Source: Candidatus Latescibacterota bacterium
Lineage (GTDB): Bacteria; Latescibacterota; UBA2968; UBA8231
NCBI GenBank assembly: GCA_965200315.1
Contig: OZ241362.1
Location: forward strand, 1,312,001-1,376,000
Direction of reading: 5' to 3'
DNA length: 64,000 nucleotides
A program made the translations under genes and the position numbers. How positions within the stretch are numbered: the first letter of the stretch is position 1; every line of letters starts with the position of its first letter. This document shows positions 1 through 9,959 of the stretch, one piece after another. The notes beneath the pieces were generated by a model that was not told the origin of the DNA, made no database searches, and saw nothing but the letters and a program-made list of their open reading frames with translations.

Positions 1-482
1 CCATGGCCGCCGGCTGGGCCTGTGGCCGGGCCAATGTGCAAGTTCTGCTGCAATTTGAAGGAGGTACTCTAGGCAAGGCTATGGCCATGCACCTGGCCTC
101 GGTGCTGCCGACCCACACCGCCCACTCGATCAACCTCGACGACCAATACGCCGAAGACTACACCACCGAAACCATTCCCGTCGTCGATGGAGCTTCTCCT
201 GTACCCAACGGACCGGGCTTGGGCTTTACAGTCGATGAGAACGCGCTGGAGCGGCTAGCGTCCCAATCGCTAGTCGAGCGTCCAACCCACATCGGCGTCT
301 TGCAGATGCCCGGCGGGCACACGTACTACGGCCCGTCCTACATCTCCCCCACCAGCATTACCGGCCATCAGGAGGGCGTTGACCGCGGCTTCCGCTCCTC
401 GATTTGGGAAGACGACGGATCGGCCGAATTCGCCAAAATCCACGACCGCGTCAAAAAGGAAGGCGTCTTGCGCGCCAACTGA
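1..482 (+). CDS. Mandelate racemase/muconate lactonizing enzyme (enolase superfamily), C-terminal part; 5' end outside the window
   Basis: ORF open at the window edge; 'HLAS...IPVVDG..PVPNGPGLGFTVDENALERL' is the typical enolase-superfamily C-terminus. Confidence 0.75.
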   Translation, partial: MAAGWACGRANVQVLLQFEGGTLGKAMAMHLASVLPTHTAHSINLDDQYAEDYTTETIPVVDGASPVPNGPGLGFTVDENALERLASQSLVERPTHIGVLQMPGGHTYYGPSYISPTSITGHQEGVDRGFRSSIWEDDGSAEFAKIHDRVKKEGVLRAN

Positions 483-637
483 CGCGGAGCATTGCAGACC
501 CCAACCCCAAGATCGCCGCAATAATTTGCGCCTTCTCGGATAGCAATTGAATCGCTAAAAACTAGCAACATTATAAACCGCATAATTATCCTACATAATG
601 GATGGTTATCGTCCGTCTAGTACCCAACGCACCGGAG

Positions 638-1450
638 TTAAACGTCCTGCACCCGCCGCCAGCGGTCATAGTATCCCTGCATCCGCGCGGGTAGCCCGGC
701 CCGCACATTGTCGGCCAATTGCCAGCGGAAGCGCTCGTCGAGGGCTTCGCGCTGGTCTTCCTCGTGTTTGACTAACGCACCCGTCAAGGTCAGCCGCTCG
801 GTCGCGCCAGCGGGCAGGCGGCCCCGGTGAACGGTATTGCCGGTCCAGAAAATGGTCTGCCCCTTTTGCAGCACTATTTGTTGGGCATTGGGCACGTCGC
901 CTTTGCGGTTGTTGATCAACACTTCGCGCTCCTGCTCGGTGCGGTAGCGGCGCTGGCTGCCCGGCACCAGCCACAGACAGGCGTCGTCGGCCAAGGCCAA
1001 GTGCCACTTGACCAGACTCTTGCGGTAGCGGCTCAGAATCTCCAGCTCCACCTCCCGGCTGCCGTCGCGCTCCTCTTGGCCAAAGTCGCGGTGCCAACCC
1101 GTGTCGTAGTCCGTCGGGCCACACAGGACAATCAGCCCCACCCAGCCCAAGCGCAACGGGCCGCCCACCAAGGCATGCACGTAGGTCTCCACCGGCTCGG
1201 ACATGAGGTATTCGGCAAAGATCGGCTCGCCAAACTCGGGGGCGATCAAGCCCAAGATGTGGCGCGGTTCCACGCCCGGGCCGCCGGTGCTGATCCGCTC
1301 GGGCGCAACCACCACTGCGCCGGAGCGCACCTTTTCCACTGCGCGCCGCGCCCCGGCTTCCAAGGCCGCTAGCATGTCCGGGGCGACCGCGTCGTCGGCG
1401 ATGAAATAACCCTGCTCGCGATATTGCTCAACCTGCCCTAGCGTCGCCAT
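638..1450 (-). CDS. Phytanoyl-CoA dioxygenase (PhyH) family Fe(II)/2-OG enzyme
   Basis: 'QVEQYREQGY' N-terminus, WHRD, 'LVPGS', distal His in 'TVHRG'; RBS GGAGG. Confidence 0.85.
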   Translation of the reverse strand: MATLGQVEQYREQGYFIADDAVAPDMLAALEAGARRAVEKVRSGAVVVAPERISTGGPGVEPRHILGLIAPEFGEPIFAEYLMSEPVETYVHALVGGPLRLGWVGLIVLCGPTDYDTGWHRDFGQEERDGSREVELEILSRYRKSLVKWHLALADDACLWLVPGSQRRYRTEQEREVLINNRKGDVPNAQQIVLQKGQTIFWTGNTVHRGRLPAGATERLTLTGALVKHEEDQREALDERFRWQLADNVRAGLPARMQGYYDRWRRVQDV

Positions 1451-1468
1451 GCAACCCTCCCGTCGCTC

Positions 1469-2380
1469 TTAGGGCCGATACGGCTCGCCTGTGCGCCGCA
1501 GTTTCTTGGTCACCGCAATCTGACAGGTCGCGTACCCACCCATATAGCCAGTGGCAAAGCCCGGGCGGGCGTCCCCAATGGTGCCGACGATCATGTTGGC
1601 GTATTCGTACGTGGTGTCGTAGCGGTCGCAAATCAGGGCCACCATTTCGAGCCACGCCGCTTTGAGCGCGTCACCCCACTCTTCCGCACGCGCGCTGGTG
1701 AGATATTCCTCGGCGTCTTCCACAACCCTAGTGGTCTCGACCACCGGGCTGCTGTTGGGGAACCCGGGCGAGCGATCCACCTTGAGCGTGATGGCCGAGT
1801 CAATTTCGACCCCAGCCCCAGTCAACTCGCCGTCGCCCATGCGCGCGTGGACATCGCCCAGCGAGAGCAGCCCCCCGGGCTTTTGTGCGCGGATGTGGAC
1901 GGTGCTGCCGGGCTGGATGGCATTGAAATCCATGTTGCCGCCGTGATCTATGGCGTTGGGTGCCCACGATTCGAGCTGGACGACCCCGATCATGGGCCGC
2001 ACCGGCACCACAAAATCCGGCGGAAAGTGGATCAGCCCGTCGCGCACCGGCGCCACGCAGCGCCAATTGCCCCAATTGGGACCGCCGTTGCGATAGAAGC
2101 CGTAAGGGCCGACCTCGATATCGATGATCTCAATGGCCACCCAATCGTCCGGCTCAATGCCCTCGATGAGAAAGGGGCCGCCGGGGCGGGCGTAGCGGCG
2201 ATGGCTCTCCCCAGAAGTAATCATGCCGGCGCGGGTCTCCCCGGCTGCTTCAAAGTCGTTGTCCGCGCCGCCAATGGTCTCGATGACGACGGTTTCTCCG
2301 AGTGCCAAAGTGCCGCGCACTTGGCCGATTTGCGGGTCGTCCGGCCCGCTGTAATGGGGGGTGCGAGTAAAGCGATTCAT
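1469..2380 (-). CDS. Acetamidase/formamidase family protein
   Basis: Motifs 'GPFLIEGIEPDD', 'PMIGV', 'HGGNMD', 'GDVHARMGDGE'. Confidence 0.85.
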   Translation of the reverse strand: MNRFTRTPHYSGPDDPQIGQVRGTLALGETVVIETIGGADNDFEAAGETRAGMITSGESHRRYARPGGPFLIEGIEPDDWVAIEIIDIEVGPYGFYRNGGPNWGNWRCVAPVRDGLIHFPPDFVVPVRPMIGVVQLESWAPNAIDHGGNMDFNAIQPGSTVHIRAQKPGGLLSLGDVHARMGDGELTGAGVEIDSAITLKVDRSPGFPNSSPVVETTRVVEDAEEYLTSARAEEWGDALKAAWLEMVALICDRYDTTYEYANMIVGTIGDARPGFATGYMGGYATCQIAVTKKLRRTGEPYRP

Positions 2381-2412
2381 AAGCGTTCTCCTTTTCTTGT
2401 GATGTTAAAATC

Positions 2413-3252
2413 CTAGCGTCCTTCGGCAAACGGAAAGGTCCCGTTGTACCCGAGCGCGGCAATGGCCGGCAGCGGCGAGCTGACAAAGGGAATCCCCGGG
2501 AACATGGGCGTCTGCTGGTAGTGCAGCACCACGTTGCAGCGAATGGGCGCGTCGGCATCTTCCTTTAGCTTCGCGCCCTGGTGAGGGATATGACTGAAGA
2601 ACACCACCGCGTCGCCGGTCATGGGGTGCAGATGGATGAGCTCCTGCCGCTCGCACCACTGGTAAAAGGGGTTATCGGAATTGTACCCGCCTAGATGGCG
2701 AATTTCTTCCGGCAGGGCGTTGTGGCAAAAGTTGTTGATGAAGGTCAAGCGCCCGGTCTCCGGCGCGTTGTCCGTCAGGTAAAACGTGGTATTTATGCAG
2801 AGCGGTCGCAGCGCGTGCCGCGCCTCGTCGGGCGCGTCCCAATAATAGCCAAAGTCCTTGTGCCACTCTTGGGTATAAGCGCCCGGATTGATGTGCGCCC
2901 GAAAGCTCCGCAACTGGCATTGCCGGCCGAGCATGGCCTGCAAATACGGCGCGACCGAGGGGTGGCCGACCAAGGGCCGCGCCAGCTCGGATTCCTGCTC
3001 CAACAGGTGGTCAAAAGCCACATTGCCGACCTCGTTGCTAATGTCCCATTCTTCGCGCTCGTACTTCCGCACCAAGCACGCCCGCCACGCCAGCACCGTT
3101 TCCTCGTCCAGTGCATTCCGCACCAAGAGAAAGCCGTGTCGGTCGAGCGCGTCGAGTTGGGCGGCGAAGTCGGGGATTTGGGCGGTATCGGCGATGATTT
3201 CGCTCATCATTCGCTCCTCGTTTGCTGTTTCATAGTGAGTGATTTTCGTCAT
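2413..3252 (-). CDS. PhyH family dioxygenase
   Basis: 'LDRHGFLLVRNAL', WHKD, 'YLTD', 'GDAVVF', 'IPHQG'; the true start may be the downstream MM. Confidence 0.85.
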   Translation of the reverse strand: MTKITHYETANEERMMSEIIADTAQIPDFAAQLDALDRHGFLLVRNALDEETVLAWRACLVRKYEREEWDISNEVGNVAFDHLLEQESELARPLVGHPSVAPYLQAMLGRQCQLRSFRAHINPGAYTQEWHKDFGYYWDAPDEARHALRPLCINTTFYLTDNAPETGRLTFINNFCHNALPEEIRHLGGYNSDNPFYQWCERQELIHLHPMTGDAVVFFSHIPHQGAKLKEDADAPIRCNVVLHYQQTPMFPGIPFVSSPLPAIAALGYNGTFPFAEGR

Positions 3253-3468
3253 AAATTTCCTGTAGCTTCCGCACCGGGCGAACGCCTCGTGGAGGGCCTT
3301 CTCAAACTCGTCGATTCTCTCGTCTTCAACCTCGACTGCGATGTCGCACCTTCGTCTCTATATCCCTTGCGTCTTGCCGATCTTGCCGAGGCCGGGTAAG
3401 GACGTAAATGATGGACATCGCGTCACCGCCATAGTTGTCGTTTGTCGTTCTTGCGCTGCTACCCGACG

Positions 3469-4182
3469 CTAGGTTCTCCGCGCAAAATACCGCTCCCAGC
3501 GCTCGGTCGGCTCAAAGCCCAAGATGCGCCGCGCCTTATCCACATTGTACTTGCCGTGCCCCTCCCAGCTAAGCAAGTTGAATTCCTGAAAGCAGTCCGG
3601 CACCTGTGGAATTTCCAACGCCAGCCGACACGCCTGCTGCAAATCCTCCCACACCACCGTAAACGGCGGAAAGTCGCCCACCTGTTGAGTCGTCGGGCGC
3701 GGCCCCAAGCCATTGAAGACAAAACTGATCGTCTGAATGCGATATGCCCGCGCGTACGCCCGGCAAATCTCGCTCGCCAAGCCCTTGGTCAGGCAGTAAT
3801 AGCCCGTAGTCAAAACCGGCGGCACATCCGCAATGTCAAAGTCGTGGTCATACGTGCGGCGGACGAACTGCGGGCCGGTGTGAATCACCTTTTTGATCTC
3901 GTGCTCAGCCGCGGCCTGCATCACATTGAGCGCCCCGCGCATGTTGACGTGAAAGCTCTGCTCGGGATGATCGCGTACGACCGTGAAATTCATGATCGCA
4001 TCCATGCCCGCAGCCGCGGCCCGCACCTGCTCCCGCGACGACACATCGCAATGCACGATGGGCTTGCCGTCCGGGTGCGGAGTAATATCGGCCAGCGTCA
4101 GATCGTACGTATCTTCGAGACCGGGCAGCAGATTGGGGGCGATCATCCCCGAGGACCCTAACAGCAATACCTTTTTCTTCAC
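3469..4182 (-). CDS. NAD-dependent epimerase/dehydratase (uronate dehydrogenase-like extended SDR)
   Basis: Rossmann 'LLGSSGMIA', YxxxK 'YCLTK'; 4-bp overlap with the upstream gene. Confidence 0.8.
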   Translation of the reverse strand: MKKKVLLLGSSGMIAPNLLPGLEDTYDLTLADITPHPDGKPIVHCDVSSREQVRAAAAGMDAIMNFTVVRDHPEQSFHVNMRGALNVMQAAAEHEIKKVIHTGPQFVRRTYDHDFDIADVPPVLTTGYYCLTKGLASEICRAYARAYRIQTISFVFNGLGPRPTTQQVGDFPPFTVVWEDLQQACRLALEIPQVPDCFQEFNLLSWEGHGKYNVDKARRILGFEPTERWERYFARRT

Positions 4183-4901
4183 GCCTTGGCTCCGCGAAAT
4201 TCGCGCTGCGGCCGATAACCCATGGACTTAGCTTGGTTGAGCAAAAACTTGGGATGGGCAAGAGGCGCGGCAATGTGGTACACGGCCCAGCGCGGCACCC
4301 AATCCAAAGACGCGCTCGCGTCTCGCGCCAACGCCGCGCAAAACGCCTGCGCCGCATCCCGAATATCGACCCACATCAAATCGCGTTCCAGCCCGGCGAC
4401 CTCCTCCTCCCTCACCAGCTTGCCGAGGCGCAACGCCGTAGCTGTGATGGGGTACTCGCGCACAAATTCGCGGCACGTCAGCTCGCCCAAATACCGAGCC
4501 AAAGGCACCAAGTCCGGCGGCGGCAGCGGCTTGTACAGCTCGGTGATATACACTGTGTCGGGGTATGCGCGAAACACTTCCAGCGTACTGCCGTACACAA
4601 ACCGCTTGACGCCGGCCGCCACGGCCGCCTGCAACAGCACGTGCGTACCGCGCGTCGCCCGGTCGAGCAGGACCTCCTCGCTTGCGGCCGGCGGCGGTTC
4701 GCCCGTGTGGACGACGGCATCCACGCCGCGCACGGCCTGCCGCACCGCGTCCGCATCGACCAAGCAGCCCGCCACCCACTCGCCAGCACACCGCTCGGCC
4801 GGGCAGTCGTCGAATAAGCGCAACTCCATATCGGCCGCTGTTAAAGTCGCAGCCACCGCCTGGCCCAATGCACTCGCCGCACCCGTAATCAGTACGCTCA
4901 A
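4179..4901 (-). CDS. NAD-dependent epimerase/dehydratase family protein
   Basis: Protein-like part of the 441-aa ORF starts at 'LSVLITGAASALG' (TTG at 4901, overlapping the upstream TGA); 'VKRFVYGST'. The catalytic YxxxK appears degenerate ('VPLAR'). Confidence 0.75.
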   Translation of the reverse strand: MSVLITGAASALGQAVAATLTAADMELRLFDDCPAERCAGEWVAGCLVDADAVRQAVRGVDAVVHTGEPPPAASEEVLLDRATRGTHVLLQAAVAAGVKRFVYGSTLEVFRAYPDTVYITELYKPLPPPDLVPLARYLGELTCREFVREYPITATALRLGKLVREEEVAGLERDLMWVDIRDAAQAFCAALARDASASLDWVPRWAVYHIAAPLAHPKFLLNQAKSMGYRPQREFRGAKA

Positions 4902-5086
4902 TTCTCGACGCGCTTCCAGCCGCTGGCGTGTTGCAGGGTCAAGATGTGCTGAAAGCCGGGCGGGCTGACGGCGTGTTCGCTGCGGGCCCGGCCGCCTTGG
5001 TAATGCGCCTCGGTGATGCTCCAGCCTTCGGCGAGTAGCGGTCCAGCCGCCAGCAGAAAACATATTCTGGTGCGGGGCTTGGTCAT
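4898..5086 (-). CDS. Small hypothetical protein (62 aa), possibly a gene remnant
   Basis: Strong RBS AAGGAG just upstream of the ATG; its stop overlaps the next start (TTGA). Confidence 0.45.
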   Translation of the reverse strand: MTKPRTRICFLLAAGPLLAEGWSITEAHYQGGRARSEHAVSPPGFQHILTLQHASGWKRVEN

Positions 5087-5221
5087 CGTCTAATCTCCTT
5101 GCGCGGTGGTAGGTTGTGGTCCGTCCGGTTGGGAAGTCAGTCGGTGGGTCCAACGTCCGCTGTTTAGGGAGCGCGCAACGTGTTGCTGATAATCGCCAAC
5201 AGCGGCGGGCCGTATGCAGCT

Positions 5222-6352
5222 TTAGCGGAACCAATCGTACATCAGCGCCAAGCTGCGGTCGGCCAGCGGCAATTCCACGCGCTCGCCGCCCCGCGCTGCC
5301 GACAGCTTCAGCCCCAGCTCCACTTCCAGCGCAACAGCGACCCGCCGCCCGGAATTTTTCGGCTCGTCCAACCGCCCCTCCATGCAGGCGATCAGGTCGT
5401 CGAGGCAGTACACAGTCCGCATACCCGACAAAAACTGCGGCGCGGGCCACGGCATTTCCACCCGCCCGGCCGCCGGCGTCTCCACGTCTTGACAGAGCCG
5501 CCACTGATTGCGATCAAAGACCATCTCCCCCCGGCTCCCCGAAATCCGCACCTCGGGCGCACCAGCGCGGATGTGGACCACCAAGCCATCGCTACACGCG
5601 ATCATTCCCTGCCCCATGAACTCGGTGCTGCCGCGCTCCCGACGCGGCTGATCACCCGTGCCGCACACCCAAACCGGGTCGCCAGGCAAAAAATAGCTCC
5701 AGTCCTGATGCTGAGCGAGAACCGGGACGCGCGCTTCAAGCGACTGCACCTTGCCAATCGCCCCCTTCTGCACCAGCGACTTAGCCCGCGCAAACGACGG
5801 ATGCGAAACGCTCGTCGCCCCGCCCACCAGCGGCACCCCGGCCTCGGCGCACGCGCCGACCATGGAGTCGGCTTCGGCCAGCGAGAACACCATAGGCTTA
5901 TCGACCAACACGCCCCGCACCCCAGCGGCGACCGCCGCCATCGTCAGTGCAGACCGCCCCTTGGTGTTCGTCGCAATCGCCACGATGTCCAGCCGTTCTT
6001 CGTCCAGCATCGCCAGCGCATCCGCGTACAAGGCTTCAATGCCATAGCACTCTCCGAACATGGCCCGCCGCCGCGGATCCCGGTCGGCCCCAGCCACCAA
6101 TTCCACTTCGGGCCGGTCGAAAAAAGCCGCAGCATACGAAGTAGCCAGCCCCTCCCGCCCGGGGTGATCGTAGAGGTGAAACGTCCGCTTGACATCGAGC
6201 CCGTCCGGCAGGGGCCGGTCGGCACTTTCGACATCGTATATCGGTGCCTGATACGACCCGCCAATGCGCTCGTAATCCCGCTTCCCCAAGTCGTAGAGAA
6301 ACCCCATCCACCCCAAGCCGATGATGCCGGCGCGATATTTTTGTCGTTCCAT
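5222..6352 (-). CDS. Gfo/Idh/MocA family oxidoreductase
   Basis: 'YRAGIIGLGWMG', 'LDIVAIAT', 'VLVDKP' (usually EKP). Confidence 0.85.
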   Translation of the reverse strand: MERQKYRAGIIGLGWMGFLYDLGKRDYERIGGSYQAPIYDVESADRPLPDGLDVKRTFHLYDHPGREGLATSYAAAFFDRPEVELVAGADRDPRRRAMFGECYGIEALYADALAMLDEERLDIVAIATNTKGRSALTMAAVAAGVRGVLVDKPMVFSLAEADSMVGACAEAGVPLVGGATSVSHPSFARAKSLVQKGAIGKVQSLEARVPVLAQHQDWSYFLPGDPVWVCGTGDQPRRERGSTEFMGQGMIACSDGLVVHIRAGAPEVRISGSRGEMVFDRNQWRLCQDVETPAAGRVEMPWPAPQFLSGMRTVYCLDDLIACMEGRLDEPKNSGRRVAVALEVELGLKLSAARGGERVELPLADRSLALMYDWFR

Positions 6353-6355
6353 GGT

Positions 6356-7321
6356 CTAACCCCCTCGTCCCGCTCGTCGCCTGCTCGCTACGCGGCGGAT
6401 CAACTCGTCGGCAATCACTCCCGCCAAAATCACCGCGCCGATAATGGCAAACTCGAGTTGGGTGGGAATGCCCGAAACATTGATGGCATTGTAGAGCAAC
6501 CGCATGACGGCTGCGCCAATGACGACCCCCAAAATCGACCCTTCGCCGCCGCGCAGCGAACAGCCCCCCAACACGGCTGCGGCAATAGCGTACAGCTCGT
6601 AGAAATTGCCGTGCGCGGCCGGTTGCACTGAGTTGACATCGAGGGCGAAAAGGATGCCGCCCAAGCCAGCGGTGCCCGAGCATAAGACGTACGCCAGCAC
6701 TTTCATCCGCTCAATTTGGATCCCGCTGTAGCGCGCCGCGGTCTCGTTGCGGCCCAGTGCCAACAGGTAGCGGCCCCATATCGTGCGGTTGAGGAAGAGG
6801 GCGGCGAGGCCCCCGGCAAGCACTAAGAGAAAAAACGGAATCGGCAGCGCAAAACCGCCCAGCGCGACCTTGCCAATCGCCAGTTGACGCAGGCCCTCAT
6901 AGGACGAGCCAAAGCCTTGGACTTGGTCGTGGGTAAGCCAGCGGGCAAAGCCGCGGTAGAACAGCAGCCCACACAGCGTGACGACAAACGGCTGCAGCCC
7001 CAAGCGCGTAATCAGCAAGCCGTGCATCAACCCAATGGCCAGCGACAAAACCACTACGGCCAGCAGCGCAATGACAGGCGGATAGCCAGCGGCCAAGAGC
7101 ATGGGCAGCAGACACCCCACCAAGCCGATCAACGAGCCGATTGACAAGTCAATACCGCCCGTGATGATAACAAAGGCCACGCCAATGGAAATGATGCCAA
7201 ACAGCGAGGTCCAGCGGATGATGTTTTGCAGGTTATAGGCGCTGACGAACTTGGGTTCGACAATCCAAGTGACCACAAAAACCGCCAGCAACAAACCGAG
7301 GATACCCACTATTTTCTTCAT
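6356..7321 (-). CDS. Sugar ABC transporter permease (RbsC family)
   Basis: 'ITGGIDLSIG', 'GRYLLALGRNETAARYSGI', 'ELYAIAAAVLGGCSLRGG'. Confidence 0.92.
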   Translation of the reverse strand: MKKIVGILGLLLAVFVVTWIVEPKFVSAYNLQNIIRWTSLFGIISIGVAFVIITGGIDLSIGSLIGLVGCLLPMLLAAGYPPVIALLAVVVLSLAIGLMHGLLITRLGLQPFVVTLCGLLFYRGFARWLTHDQVQGFGSSYEGLRQLAIGKVALGGFALPIPFFLLVLAGGLAALFLNRTIWGRYLLALGRNETAARYSGIQIERMKVLAYVLCSGTAGLGGILFALDVNSVQPAAHGNFYELYAIAAAVLGGCSLRGGEGSILGVVIGAAVMRLLYNAINVSGIPTQLEFAIIGAVILAGVIADELIRRVASRRRAGRGG

Positions 7322-7324
7322 GCT

Positions 7325-8815
7325 CTAAGCCGCCTTCCCCGTCGCTAAGCTCATAATCGCTTCCTCGCTGAGCGCATCCCTCTGGAGTTGACCAGTAATG
7401 CGGCCCTCGTGCATGACTAACACCGCATCGGCCATCCCCAGAATTTCCTCTAACTCACTCGACGCAAACAGCACGGCCACGCCGCTGGCGGCCAACTCTT
7501 CCATCAGACGGTAAATCGCTTGTTTGGCCCCCACGTCGATGCCGCGGGTTGGTTCGTCGAGCAGCAACACGCGGGGCGCGAGCGCCAGCCACTTGCCCAG
7601 CACCACCTTTTGCTGATTGCCGCCGGATAGGTACTGGACGATTTGGGTCGGGCCGGGTGTGCGGATGGCGAGGCGATCTATCATCTGATCGGCGTCCGCA
7701 GCTTGTCGGGCAAAATTGACCCAACCGGCAACGCGCTGATAGCGCCCCAAGCCGGGCAGGCCGATGTTGTCGCGCAAGGCCATTTCGAGAATCAGGCCCT
7801 GTTGCTTGCGGTCTTCGGGCACGAGGGCCAAGCCAGCGCGAATGGCATCGACCGGCGAGCGAATCACGTGCGGTGCGCCGTTGATGAGGACGCGGCCGGC
7901 GAGCGCAGGGACGAGGCCAAAGAGCACCTGCAACAGCTCGGTGCGCCCTGCGCCGACGAGACCGGCAATGCCGACGAGTTGACCGCGCCGCACCGCGAAG
8001 TTGAGCCGGTGCTCGGGCCAAGCAGGAAGGACCAAATCCTCGGCTTGGAGGGCGATGTCGCCGGCCGGCTGGGGTTGGTGCGCGTAGTATTGGGCCACAT
8101 CGCGGCCGACCATCTTCGCCACCATAGCATCGTGGCTAATCTCCGTGCGGGTCAGCTCACCGGCGTTTTGCCCGTCGCAGAGGACCAAGACGCGGTCCGC
8201 TAGCGCTTCGACCTCGCCGAGGCGGTGGGAGATATAGACGATGGCCACGCCGCGCTCGCGCAGTTCGTTAATAACCGCGAATAGAGCCTCGGCCTCTTGG
8301 TTGGTGAGGCTGGAGGTCGGCTCGTCCATAATCAGCACTCGTGCCTCGGTCGCCAGCGCCTTGGCGATTTCGACGAGCTGCTGATGGCCAATGGGCAAGT
8401 CGCCCATCAGGGCGTCCGGCGATACCTCAAGCTCAAGTTGCGCGAGGGCTTGGACCGCCCCTTCGCGAATGGCGGCGCGGTCGATCAGCCCCCAATTTTG
8501 CGGCTCGCGGCCGAGATAGAGATTGGCAGCGACCGAGAGGTTGGCGCAAAAGTTGAGTTCTTGGTGGATCAGGGCGATGCCGAGCTCAGCGGCGCGGCGC
8601 GGCGAGTCGATAATCACCGCCACTCCATCGCGCACAATCTGGCCGCTGTCTGGGGTCTCAATACCGGCGAGGATTTTCATCAGGGTGGATTTGCCAGCCC
8701 CGTTTTCGCCGATGACGGCGAGGACTTCTCCAGCCTCCACCGCCATATCCACCGCGTCGAGCGCAAGAACCCCCGGAAAACGCTTGCTAATGCCGCGGGC
8801 AGCCAACAGGGCCAT
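7325..8815 (-). CDS. Sugar ABC transporter ATP-binding protein (RbsA family, two NBDs)
   Basis: Walker A GENGAGKST, 'MDEPT', 'LSGGNQQK'; start placed at the TAATG overlap with the upstream stop. Confidence 0.93.
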   Translation of the reverse strand: MALLAARGISKRFPGVLALDAVDMAVEAGEVLAVIGENGAGKSTLMKILAGIETPDSGQIVRDGVAVIIDSPRRAAELGIALIHQELNFCANLSVAANLYLGREPQNWGLIDRAAIREGAVQALAQLELEVSPDALMGDLPIGHQQLVEIAKALATEARVLIMDEPTSSLTNQEAEALFAVINELRERGVAIVYISHRLGEVEALADRVLVLCDGQNAGELTRTEISHDAMVAKMVGRDVAQYYAHQPQPAGDIALQAEDLVLPAWPEHRLNFAVRRGQLVGIAGLVGAGRTELLQVLFGLVPALAGRVLINGAPHVIRSPVDAIRAGLALVPEDRKQQGLILEMALRDNIGLPGLGRYQRVAGWVNFARQAADADQMIDRLAIRTPGPTQIVQYLSGGNQQKVVLGKWLALAPRVLLLDEPTRGIDVGAKQAIYRLMEELAASGVAVLFASSELEEILGMADAVLVMHEGRITGQLQRDALSEEAIMSLATGKAA

Positions 8816-9807
8816 TAGGGAGTGCCGGTCAGGGTTTTCAGTTCGTCCCAAAAGGCTTCGACATTGTCGCGGCGGATGGACCGCGCCGGCACGTCGAGCA
8901 CTCCCCCCTCGGGCAAAACCGAGCGGTCGCCGCGAGCGAGGGCGGCGAGGATGCGCACCGACTCGTACCCGTAGCGGTACGGGTTTTGCACCACCGTGCC
9001 GTAGATGTGGCCGTCGATAATGCCTTGGAGGGTGGGAGCTTCCTCGTCAAAAGCGATGATTTGGATCTGGCCGGTCTTGCCGGCTTCCTTGATCGCTTCG
9101 AGACACATCGGCGGATTGTAGGCAAATAGGCCGACGACGCCGTGGAGGTCCGGGTACTTGGCCATGGCGTCTTCGACTTGGGCCTTGGCTTTAGCGTAAT
9201 CGAACTGGTCGGTGCGGGTGTCGAGAATGGTGTATTGGTCGCCGGTGATCGGGCCGCTGTTGGGGTCGCGGCGCGTCGGGTCAAAGGAGCGGTCGAGCAG
9301 TTCGTCAATGAGGCCCTGGCGGCGCTGGCGGGCGTTGAGCTGTTCGAGGCGGCCGACGAAGATCATGATATTGCCGCCATCGGGCAGGGCTTCTTTGACC
9401 AATGCCCCACAGGCGCGGCCGGCCGAGTAGTTGTCGATGCCAATAAAGCAAAGGCGGTTGCTCTTTGGAGCATCCGAGTCGTGGGTGAGCAGGTGGGTGT
9501 GCGCGGCGGCCTCGTTGAGCAAGTTGGTTTGATTGTCCGGGTCAATAGGGCTTATGGCCATGCCGTCGATGCCACGGGCCAGCAGGGCTTGGACGATGCG
9601 CTTCTGATCGGCGACTCCTTCGCCAGGCATTTGCACCTCCGCGGCGGCGGCAAATTCGGCCGCCGCCGCTTCAACTCCTTTGGCGGCAATGGTCCAAAAG
9701 GGACCAACGCCATTGGTTACAAAGGCGATTTGGGGGTTGGCCGCCGGTTGCGGCGCGTCGCTACAGGCGAACAAAAGCAAGGCGAGGAGCAAAAGGGGCG
9801 TTTTCAT
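8815..9807 (-). CDS. Sugar ABC transporter substrate-binding lipoprotein (RbsB family)
   Basis: Lipobox 'LLLFAC', 'PFWTIA..G', 'FIGIDNY.AG', 'TVVQNPY.YGY'. Confidence 0.9.
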   Translation of the reverse strand: MKTPLLLLALLLFACSDAPQPAANPQIAFVTNGVGPFWTIAAKGVEAAAAEFAAAAEVQMPGEGVADQKRIVQALLARGIDGMAISPIDPDNQTNLLNEAAAHTHLLTHDSDAPKSNRLCFIGIDNYSAGRACGALVKEALPDGGNIMIFVGRLEQLNARQRRQGLIDELLDRSFDPTRRDPNSGPITGDQYTILDTRTDQFDYAKAKAQVEDAMAKYPDLHGVVGLFAYNPPMCLEAIKEAGKTGQIQIIAFDEEAPTLQGIIDGHIYGTVVQNPYRYGYESVRILAALARGDRSVLPEGGVLDVPARSIRRDNVEAFWDELKTLTGTP

Positions 9808-9959
9808 AATGTATCTCGCTAGAGAGTTTAAGGGACGACGCCTTCGACGGGGACAGGATACCCGCAGAAGCAACGCTCGTGGTTGCCCCTGCAACTGCGG
9901 AATGCCTATGTTACGTCCGGCAAAAAGGAAGCGCAAGCACAACAACCCAAGGAGGGGCC

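Noticed and set aside
483-637. AT-rich spacer between convergent genes
   Set aside because: No convincing ORF, hairpin or repeat could be supported
3253-3432. ATG at 3432 in frame with the PhyH gene across a single TAG (3358-3360): possible readthrough or recoding
   Set aside because: The extension has no PhyH-like character, and TAG is used as a normal stop throughout the window; more likely an unrelated remnant
5116-6631. Long alternative-frame and antisense ORFs (e.g. 5180-6631, 23197-24258, 35356-36702, and the 5' half of 4179-5504)
   Set aside because: They overlap well-supported genes, are Arg/Pro/Ala-rich with no motifs, and are expected in GC-rich DNA
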